Program-made: the position numbers and the translations under genes
Notes under the pieces: generated by a model
What the model saw: the letters and a program-made list of their open reading frames with translations, nothing else
Databases searched by the model: none
What the model was told of the DNA's origin: nothing
Source of the DNA: Gemmatimonadaceae bacterium
GTDB lineage: Bacteria; Gemmatimonadota; Gemmatimonadetes; Gemmatimonadales; Gemmatimonadaceae
DNA: 11,172 nt
Direction: 5' to 3'
NCBI GenBank assembly: GCA_033763905.1
Contig: JANRJP010000134.1
Coordinates: 1-11,172 of the forward strand
Shown here: positions 1 through 6,794 of the stretch, one piece after another
Layout: the number at the start of each line of letters is the position of its first letter
How positions within the stretch are numbered: position 1 is the stretch's first letter

Positions 1-1563
1 GAATCCGCCGCGACCGTCGCGCACCGTCACGATGCTCTGCGCCAGTGTCGGCCCGATCCCTGCCACGTACGACAGCAGCGCGGCCGAGGCCGTGTTGAGT
101 TCCACGCCCACGCGATTCACGCAGCTCTCGACGGTTTCATCGAGTCGCGACTTGAGTGTCGGCTGATGCACGTCGTGCTGGTACTGGCCGACCCCGATGC
201 TCTTCGGGTCGATCTTCACCAGCTCAGCCAGCGGGTCCTGCAACCGGCGGGCGATGCTGACCGCGCCGCGGAGCGAGACGTCGAGATCGGGAAACTCCTG
301 GCGGGCGAGATCCGACGCCGAGTACACCGACGCGCCGGCTTCGTTGACGACCACCACCTGCGGGCGAGGCTCGGCCACACCGCGCACCACGCGCCGGACC
401 AAGCCTTCTGTCTCTCGACTGGCGGTGCCGTTGCCGATCGCGATGAGATCCGGCGCAAACTGTCGAATCGCGTCGGTGAGTTGCGCCACGAAGCGGTCTT
501 CCTGATGCAGATACCACGTCGACGTCCCGAGCAGCGCGCCGGTGGCACTGATCGCCGCAACCTTCACGCCCGTGCGGAACCCCGGGTCGAGCCCAAGCAC
601 TCGCTTGGCCCCTGCCGGTGCGGCCAGCAGCAACTGTTCCAGATTCTGGCCGAAGATGCGAATGGCCTCGGCGTCGGCGCGCTGCTTGAGTTCAAGGCGC
701 AGCTCGACCTCGATCGCCATCGCGAGGATGCGGTCGTACGCGTCTTCCGCGGCACGGCTCAGCGTCGCGACGGCGCGCCGGCCCGCGCAGGTCTCGGCCA
801 CGAGGCGCGGCTTGATCACGTCAGCGGGGGCGATGATACGCCACAACAGCTGCTCTTCGGTCTCGCCTCGACGAATCGCCAGCATCCGGTGGCTGGGAAT
901 CGTCGTGACCGCTTCGCTGTAGTCGAAGTAATCGCGGAACTTCGAGTCATCGCTGGCCTTGCCCTTGAGCACGGTGCTCTTCACCTGACCGCGCTCCCGG
1001 GTGAGGTCGCGAATCCAGCCGCGCACCGCCGCGTCGTCGCTGATGCGCTCGGCGAGGATGTCGCAGGCGCCCGTCAGGGCGGCTTCAGCCGAGGGGAGCT
1101 CCTTCGCAGCGTCCACCAGCGTCGCCGCCATCGCCATCGCGGCGGCGTCATCGAGGGCGCCTGCCCACAGGGCGTCGGCCAGCGGCCCCAGGCCTCGCTC
1201 CAAGGCAATCGTCGCCCGCGTCCGCTTCTTGGGCTTGAACGGCAGGTAGAGGTCTTCGACCTGCTGCTTCGTCTCGGCCGCCTTGAGCGCCGCGTCGAGT
1301 TCCGGAGTGAGCTTGCCCTGCTCGGTGATGCTCGCCAGCACCGCGGCCCGCCGGTCTTCGAGTTCCGTGAGGTACTGCGCCCGATCGCGGACATCGCGCA
1401 ACTGCACCTCGTCGAGCCCCCCCGTGGCCTCCTTGCGGTACCGGGCGATGAACGGCAGGGTGTTTCCCTCGCCGAAGAGCGCCAACGTGGCGGCGACCGA
1501 GGCGGCGGGCAGGGACAGCTCGCGGGCGACGCGGGATTGAATGGCAGAGGCGTGCACAGGCAT
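1..1563 (-). CDS. tex: Tex-family RNA-binding transcriptional accessory protein (YhgF/Spt6-like). 5' 521 codons only, continuing past the left edge.
   Basis: Manual translation of the minus strand from ATG at 1563 gives MPVHASAIQSRVARELSLPAASVAATLALFGEGNTLPFIARYRKEATGGLDEVQLR (Tex_N motif PFIARYRKE.TG.LDE). It also has YqgF-like VLGLDPGFRTGVK, IAIGNGTASRET and VNEAGASVYSAS, and HhH region KIDPKSIGVGQYQHDV...VESCVNRVGVELNTASAALLSYVAGIGPTLA. It is missing from the ORF track because there is no stop codon inside the window. Confidence 0.96.
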   Translation of the reverse strand, partial: MPVHASAIQSRVARELSLPAASVAATLALFGEGNTLPFIARYRKEATGGLDEVQLRDVRDRAQYLTELEDRRAAVLASITEQGKLTPELDAALKAAETKQQVEDLYLPFKPKKRTRATIALERGLGPLADALWAGALDDAAAMAMAATLVDAAKELPSAEAALTGACDILAERISDDAAVRGWIRDLTRERGQVKSTVLKGKASDDSKFRDYFDYSEAVTTIPSHRMLAIRRGETEEQLLWRIIAPADVIKPRLVAETCAGRRAVATLSRAAEDAYDRILAMAIEVELRLELKQRADAEAIRIFGQNLEQLLLAAPAGAKRVLGLDPGFRTGVKVAAISATGALLGTSTWYLHQEDRFVAQLTDAIRQFAPDLIAIGNGTASRETEGLVRRVVRGVAEPRPQVVVVNEAGASVYSASDLARQEFPDLDVSLRGAVSIARRLQDPLAELVKIDPKSIGVGQYQHDVHQPTLKSRLDETVESCVNRVGVELNTASAALLSYVAGIGPTLAQSIVTVRDGRGGF

Positions 1564-1636
1564 TGCGTTCGGTTGTGACAAAAGGGGAGGGCGGGAAGCT
1601 CGCGGGAGCGGGGCCTCGGCGCCATTCTTGACGGCA

Positions 1637-3562
1637 ATGCTTCGACTCACTTCGATCTGCATCGCCGCCGCCCTCGCCGTCGCTGCGGCCCAGCCGTCTG
1701 CACTGGGCGCGCAGGAACGCCAACTCTCGTGGCCACGCGTCGCCGTCGACGCGCGCCTCGACGCCAGCGGCCGACTGTTCGTTCGCGAAGTGCAACGGAT
1801 GCGCTTCACCGGCGACTGGAACGGTGGCGAGCGGAGCTTCCGCATCTTCCGTGGGCAAGAGCTAACGCTCGATCGTGTGCGCCGCCTGCGCGCGGAGGGC
1901 GACACCGTCGATCTCGTCGAAGGTGAGCTCGAAGCGGTCGACGAATGGAAGTGGACCGCCAGCGGCGTCCTCCGCTGGCGCAGTCGCCTCCCCAGCGATC
2001 CGCCGTTCGACAACCAGGAACTGACGTACATCCTCGAGTATCACTACGACGGGATCCTGCAGCCGGACGACCCCGGCGTGCTGCTCGATCACGACTTCGC
2101 GTTCTCTGATCGCGCGGGCGATATCGAGGCGTTTACGCTGACGCTTGCGATCGATCCAATCTGGTCGCCTCCGCCGTCCTACGCGGCGCAGGTCGGGCCG
2201 ATGCGCCTCACGCCGGGCGAAGGTTTTCTCGTGACGTTGCCGCTGCGCTATGCGAGCAGCGGCCCGCCGCCCGGCGTGTTCTACGGCGCCGATGCCGAGA
2301 CGCGACTCCTGATCCTTCAGGTATTGCTCGCGGGATTGGCCGCTGGCTTCGCGCGCTGGCTGGTGCGCGAGTACCGGCGCGGTCGTTTCGCCCGTCCCCC
2401 ATCGCTCGACGTCGTGACGCCGGAGTGGCTGCAGCGGGAAGTCTTCTCGATGCGCCCCGAAGTCGCTGGCGCGGCGTGGGACGACGTGACCGCGCAGTCG
2501 GAAGTCGCGGCGACGCTCTCGCGGCTGGTGCAGGAAGGCAAGCTCGAGAGCAACGTACGCTCGCAGAAGATCTGGATCTTCACGTCACAGACGCTCGAGC
2601 TCACGATTCCAGGGGCGCGACGCGACTTCAGCGACTACGAGCGCACGCTGATCGACGCCCTGTTCGAGCCGAACGAGCGAACGACCGATACCGACAAGGT
2701 CCGGGCCCGCTACAGGAAGACCGGCTTCAACCCCGCCGCCAAGATCGAGTCCGGCGTCAACGCGCTGGTGGCGCAGTTGGTCCCCGGCGAGACCACCACA
2801 CCGTGGTGGCGCCGCGGCGACGTCTGGGTCTTCGTCGCGCTGCTGCTGGTGGCCTTGGGCTTCGTGATCGCCGCCGCGCGCGAGCGGCCGGACGAACTGG
2901 AGCCCTTGGTGTTGCACATCGTGTTGTCGGGACTGCTCTATGCCGCCGCGTTGACCCAGGCCTACGCGACCAGCCGGCGCGTGACGGGCGTGATGCTCCA
3001 CGCGCTTCGGTGGTTGGTGCCGATGGCCATCGGATTGAGCGTGCTCGCGCCCCGAATGCTCGACGGAGAACCGAGGTTGACCACCGCCGGCTGGGCGGCG
3101 ATCGCCACCCTCGCGCTGGCGCTCGGCCTGAGCGTGATGGATCGCGCCGCGACGCGATTGTCGCCCCAGCGGATCGCGCTGCGACAGCGACTCGACACGG
3201 CGCGCGCCTGGTTCCGCGCCGAGCTCAAGCGGCCGACGCCTGCATTGCAGGACGCGTGGTTCCCGTGGCTGATCGCCTTCGGGCTGGGCCGAGCGGTGGA
3301 CCGCTGGTTCACCGCGTTCGGCGGCGTCGGTTCGGCGGTATCGTCGTCCCGAAGCATCGGAAGCGCCACGTCCAACAGCTCGAGTAGCGGCGGCTGGACA
3401 GGCTTCGGTGGTGGCGGCGGCTTCTCCGGTGGCGGGTCGGCGGGCAGCTTTGCCGCCGCCGTCGGCGGCATCGCCGCGTCCGTGCCGTCGCCGTCGAGCT
3501 CTGGCAGCTCGGGCGGCTCAGGTGGCGGGAGCTCCGGCGGCGGCGGTGGTGGCGGCTGGTGA
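1637..3562 (+). CDS. DUF2207-family predicted membrane protein (~641 aa) with signal peptide and Gly/Ser-rich C-terminal tail
   Basis: ATG at 1637 gives a signal-peptide-like N-terminus (MLRLTSICIAAALAVAAAQPSALGA). A beta-rich extracytoplasmic domain follows (VDARLDASGRLFVREVQRMRFTGDWNGGERSF), then a TM helix, a 'VAATLSRLVQEGKL...SDYERTLIDALF' segment, about 4 more TM helices and 'PWLIAFGL'. It ends in GGSSGGGGGGGW, typical of DUF2207. The track start at 1541 would overlap the divergent tex start. Confidence 0.82.
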   Translation: MLRLTSICIAAALAVAAAQPSALGAQERQLSWPRVAVDARLDASGRLFVREVQRMRFTGDWNGGERSFRIFRGQELTLDRVRRLRAEGDTVDLVEGELEAVDEWKWTASGVLRWRSRLPSDPPFDNQELTYILEYHYDGILQPDDPGVLLDHDFAFSDRAGDIEAFTLTLAIDPIWSPPPSYAAQVGPMRLTPGEGFLVTLPLRYASSGPPPGVFYGADAETRLLILQVLLAGLAAGFARWLVREYRRGRFARPPSLDVVTPEWLQREVFSMRPEVAGAAWDDVTAQSEVAATLSRLVQEGKLESNVRSQKIWIFTSQTLELTIPGARRDFSDYERTLIDALFEPNERTTDTDKVRARYRKTGFNPAAKIESGVNALVAQLVPGETTTPWWRRGDVWVFVALLLVALGFVIAAARERPDELEPLVLHIVLSGLLYAAALTQAYATSRRVTGVMLHALRWLVPMAIGLSVLAPRMLDGEPRLTTAGWAAIATLALALGLSVMDRAATRLSPQRIALRQRLDTARAWFRAELKRPTPALQDAWFPWLIAFGLGRAVDRWFTAFGGVGSAVSSSRSIGSATSNSSSSGGWTGFGGGGGFSGGGSAGSFAAAVGGIAASVPSPSSSGSSGGSGGGSSGGGGGGGW

Positions 3563-4711
3563 GTCGGCGAGATAGCGATCGGTGTTCGGCTGGAAGGTGC
3601 GCCAGCTGTGCCAGAATTCCTGACTGGCCTTGAGGGGCGTCAGCGTTCCCGCCGCGCTGCGGCCATTCAGGGCGTAGCGGAGGCCGTCGGTCGCCAAGGA
3701 ATCCCCCTGCATCGTGAACCGCGTCGCCGGCGAGGGACGCACGAAGGCAAAGAAGCTTGTCCGGTCACTGGCCAGCACGAGCACGACTGGCAGACCCCCG
3801 AGCGTGTCGTTGAGGGCGCGCTGCGCCACCAGCTGCTGCCAGTCGTATGCACGACTCTTGCCGTCGACCGTCAGCCCGACCACCCAAGACTTGTCCTGCC
3901 ACGGGCGACGGTCGGTCCCCGTCAGTCGTGATGTGCTGGTGCCGCGCTCATACGCATAGTCTTTCGCGTACTGCGCGTCAAAGGTCGGGTCGCCCTGCAT
4001 CACGCGCGAATGCGGATACAACGACAGCCACATCGCCAGCGTCACCTGTCGACTCGGCACCTCCGGCAGTACGGTGCCTCGGCGCGGGCCCGCGACCGCT
4101 TCGCCGTTCGCCTGGCGCCACCACGAGCCGGTGCGGACGTCTTCGAGCATCGCGTTGAAGTGGTCCATCCCCACGAGCCGGAACGTCTCGAGCTCGCCCT
4201 GCACGATCGGCGTGAAGACGCGCCCCGTGCGGCAGACGGTGCAGTAGCTGACGAGCACGGGCTGGCCGCCGACGGAGTCGCGCACCTGGTGGTGGTAGCC
4301 GATGAACTGCAACGGATACGCGCGCGCCTCGCCGTTGATTTCGATGCCGACGACGAGCCGGTCGAGCGCCACCCGATTCTCGGCGGCCGTCGCCATCGTC
4401 AGCACCGTGGGTTGACGGAAGATCTGGTCTGCGGCCATCCGGAAGTTCACGAACCAGACCACCGCCCCGACCGCCACGGCGAGTACGGGCATCACGAAGC
4501 GGAATCGGCCGCGGCGGCGCAGCACCGGCAGCGTGAGCGCCGCCAGCGCGGCGCCGAGCCCGAGGCGCACGAGCCAGCGCGACTGGTACAGCGCATAGGC
4601 CAGCGGCAGGCTCCGCATCCGCTGGCTCCCCGGGAGGGGCATAATGAAGTAGACGCCCGCGATCTCGAACGCCGCGAGGCCCAAGAGCAACAGAGTCCAG
4701 ATGACACGCAT
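3518..4711 (-). CDS. DUF3179-family membrane-anchored protein with CxxC motif (397 aa)
   Basis: About three N-terminal hydrophobic segments are followed by family-like motifs VVGIEINGEARAYPL, HHQVRDSVGGQPVLVSYCTVCRTG, DVRTGSWWRQANGEAVAGPRRG and C-terminal FWHSWRTFQPNT. Confidence 0.82.
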   Translation of the reverse strand: MRVIWTLLLLGLAAFEIAGVYFIMPLPGSQRMRSLPLAYALYQSRWLVRLGLGAALAALTLPVLRRRGRFRFVMPVLAVAVGAVVWFVNFRMAADQIFRQPTVLTMATAAENRVALDRLVVGIEINGEARAYPLQFIGYHHQVRDSVGGQPVLVSYCTVCRTGRVFTPIVQGELETFRLVGMDHFNAMLEDVRTGSWWRQANGEAVAGPRRGTVLPEVPSRQVTLAMWLSLYPHSRVMQGDPTFDAQYAKDYAYERGTSTSRLTGTDRRPWQDKSWVVGLTVDGKSRAYDWQQLVAQRALNDTLGGLPVVLVLASDRTSFFAFVRPSPATRFTMQGDSLATDGLRYALNGRSAAGTLTPLKASQEFWHSWRTFQPNTDRYLADSPAATTAAAGAPAT

Positions 4712-4717
4712 TCGCGC

Positions 4718-4746
4718 AACCTCGTCAGCGGCACGCGAGGGGTCAA
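4718..4746 (-). promoter_or_regulatory. Candidate sigma70-type promoter for a leaderless DUF3179 transcript
   Basis: The minus strand reads TTGACC (4746-4741), 17 nt, GAGGTT (4723-4718), 6 nt, then ATG (4711). There is no clear Shine-Dalgarno beyond the GAGG inside the putative -10. Confidence 0.4.
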
Positions 4747-4822
4747 TGTCGTGCCCCCTTAAGCTGCGCCGCCGAGTGTGACAGATTCCGAGCGTGCGTT
4801 TCCCGATTCCAGGAGCCCTCTC

Positions 4823-6643
4823 GTGATGCTGGTTCGCCTTTCTCGCGCGGCAGGGGCCGCGGTCCTCTTGTTGCCCGCGTCACTCGCGGCCCAGTCGTCG
4901 CGGCCGGTGTGGCCCGATGAAGGTCCTGCGGTGTGGACCGAGCGCCGTACAGGGAGTGACATCACCGCCAACGATCTGCGGACGCGCTTGTATCAGTTGG
5001 CTGACGACTCGATGATGGGCCGTCGCGTCGGCACGGAAGGCAATCGCAAGGGCACCGAGTACATCGCCGCCGAGTTCCGGCGGCTGGGGCTCAAGCCGGC
5101 GGGCGAGGGCGGGACCTACTTCCAGGATCTGCCGTACGGCGCCTTCGCGTACGAGCGCGCCGCCACGCAGTTGGTGGTTGCCGGACGGAAGTTGCAGCTC
5201 GAGACGGACTTCATTCCCGTGGCCTCAAACGCCTTGGCCGGCCTCGGCGCCGATGCGGCCTTGGCCAACACGCCCACTGTGTTCGCCGGCCGCTGGGGCG
5301 ACACGTCCGTGGTGCTCGACCCTGCCATCTTCAAGGGGAAGGTGGCGGTCTTCGTCGTTGGTCCCTCGGCGCCTGGCGTGCCGAACCGGCCCGCGCCGCT
5401 GTTGCGCTGCGATTCCGTGCCCGATCGCTTCGGCGTCGATGCCATCCTTCGCACCGAGGCGGAGATCGCGGCTCGCAACGCCAACCGTCCGCCGTCAACG
5501 ACGGTGCGTGATCGCCGCGCCGTTACGGCGGGCGTGGCCGGTATCCTCGTGATCGCGCTCGATTCCCTGACGCCCGCTCAGCGTACCGCAGCGCTGCAGC
5601 CGCGTCCGACGATGAAACCGACCGCCGCGAGCACAACGCAGCCGCCGGTCGCGCTCATCTCGATGGCCGCCGCGGGACGCCTCTTCCGCCGCTTCGACGC
5701 GTCGACGCCGGTCGGCACCGCCGGGGCGCCCGTGACGGCCGCGTGGCAGTTCGCGTGGACGCCGTCGCCCGCCGGCACGTCACGCAACGTGATCGCCGTG
5801 TTGCCGGGTAGTGATCCGGCCCGCGCGGGCGAGTACGTCCTGGTGGGGGCACACAACGATCACGTGGGCTGGAACCGGTCACCGGTGGATCACGACTCGC
5901 TGCGGGCGGTGAACACCGTCACGCGGCGGCAGGGCAACAACGATCCCGTCTGTCGCCCGACGCCGGATCAGCAGCGTCGGATCGATTCTCTCATCGCGCA
6001 CGCCCGCAGCATTCGGTCGGCACGCCGAGATTCGATCTTCAACGGCGCCGACGACGACGGGTCGGGCACCGTGGTGATGCTCGAGATCGCCGAGAAGTTC
6101 GCAACCGAAAAGCCGGCGCGCTCGGTCATCTTCATGTCGCATCAGGGCGAGGAAGCCGGGCTCCTCGGTTCGTTCTGGTGGACCGACCATCCGACGATTC
6201 CGCTCGAGCAGATCGTCGGTGTCTTCAATATGGATATGGTCGGCAAGGGACGTGTCGAGCAGGTGAAGCTCGGCGGGCCGAATTCGGTACAAATGCTGGG
6301 GCTGCGTCGCCAGTCGCGCGAGTTTGGCGACATCATCGATTCGGTCAATGCCGTGCGCGCGGAACCGATGGCGATCGACAAGACCTGGGACATTCGGGAG
6401 AACCCGCTCAATCGCTTCTGCCGCAGTGATCAGGTGGCGTACGTGCGGAAGGGTATCCCCACGGTGTATCTGTCGTTGGGCTACGCGCAGGATTACCACC
6501 AGCTGACCGACGAGCCGCAGTACATCGACTACGAACACTCGGCGCGTCTTGGCCGCTTCGTACACGACGTGATGTTCGCGGTGGCAGAGCGTTCGCGTCG
6601 ACCCGCGATTACCGGTCCGGATCCGAACTACCCGCGCTGCTGA
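4823..6643 (+). CDS. Secreted M28-family Zn metallopeptidase (aminopeptidase-like) with inserted PA-like domain (~606 aa)
   Basis: SD AGGAG at 4811-4815 precedes GTG 4823 / ATG 4826, and the N-terminus is a signal peptide (AAGAAVLLLPASLAA-Q). Also present are the N-terminal 'LADDSMMGRRVGTEGN' motif and the M28 metal-ligand motifs VGAHNDHVG, NGADDDGSG, GEEAGLLGS, NMDMVGK, RSDQ and DYHQLTDE. Confidence 0.93.
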   Translation: MMLVRLSRAAGAAVLLLPASLAAQSSRPVWPDEGPAVWTERRTGSDITANDLRTRLYQLADDSMMGRRVGTEGNRKGTEYIAAEFRRLGLKPAGEGGTYFQDLPYGAFAYERAATQLVVAGRKLQLETDFIPVASNALAGLGADAALANTPTVFAGRWGDTSVVLDPAIFKGKVAVFVVGPSAPGVPNRPAPLLRCDSVPDRFGVDAILRTEAEIAARNANRPPSTTVRDRRAVTAGVAGILVIALDSLTPAQRTAALQPRPTMKPTAASTTQPPVALISMAAAGRLFRRFDASTPVGTAGAPVTAAWQFAWTPSPAGTSRNVIAVLPGSDPARAGEYVLVGAHNDHVGWNRSPVDHDSLRAVNTVTRRQGNNDPVCRPTPDQQRRIDSLIAHARSIRSARRDSIFNGADDDGSGTVVMLEIAEKFATEKPARSVIFMSHQGEEAGLLGSFWWTDHPTIPLEQIVGVFNMDMVGKGRVEQVKLGGPNSVQMLGLRRQSREFGDIIDSVNAVRAEPMAIDKTWDIRENPLNRFCRSDQVAYVRKGIPTVYLSLGYAQDYHQLTDEPQYIDYEHSARLGRFVHDVMFAVAERSRRPAITGPDPNYPRC

Positions 6644-6671
6644 TTTGCCGCGCGGCGGCTGGCCGCTCCGT

Positions 6672-6731
6672 CAGGATGAACCCGCGTCGTCTGTGTGAGG
6701 GAAACCCGCACAGGAGGCGCGGGTTCACCTG
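6672..6731 (+). terminator. Long imperfect hairpin with GAAA tetraloop just after the M28 gene. Possible terminator or structured RNA element.
   Basis: CAGG-a-TGAACCCGCG pairs with CGCGGGTTCA-CCTG. The inner stem CTGTGTG pairs with CGCACAG, and GG/CC closes a GAAA loop (6701-6704). Only a short TTT follows. Confidence 0.5.
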
Positions 6732-6781
6732 TTTCGCGCGGGGGCGGGGAGACGCACCGTGGAGCATCCCACCGTGTCTCC

Positions 6782-6789
6782 GGAGGAGG
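6782..6789 (+). promoter_or_regulatory. Strong Shine-Dalgarno sequence for the FecR-family gene
   Basis: GGAGGAGG lies 5 nt upstream of ATG 6795. Confidence 0.75.
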
Positions 6790-6794
6790 TTCCG

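Noticed and set aside
166..1578. 470-aa plus-strand ORF
   Set aside because: It is an antisense shadow of tex. The minus strand carries unmistakable Tex motifs and this translation has no recognisable domain.
1541..1636. N-terminal extension of the DUF2207 ORF given in the track
   Set aside because: It overlaps the divergent tex start and would bury the signal peptide that begins at ATG 1637.
2425..3387. 320-aa Arg-rich alternative-frame ORF, and similar overlapping ORFs (4010-4762, 5879-6565, 6609-7631, 6695-7573, 9210-9878)
   Set aside because: These are off-frame or antisense ORFs expected in high-GC DNA with few stop codons. They are Arg/Ala/Pro-rich, show no motifs, and overlap well-supported genes.
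3320..3560. GGC/GGT-rich low-complexity stretch as a tandem repeat or CRISPR-like array
   Set aside because: It is explained by the Gly/Ser tail codons of DUF2207, with no fixed repeat-spacer periodicity.
4230..4250. Selenocysteine recoding in the DUF3179 CxxC motif
   Set aside because: Both codons are TGC and the ORF has no in-frame TGA.
6644..6794. Known ncRNA (c-di-GMP riboswitch, SRP RNA, tRNA) in the structured intergenic region
   Set aside because: The diagnostic conserved sequences and a cloverleaf are not recognisable. It is kept only as unassigned hairpins.
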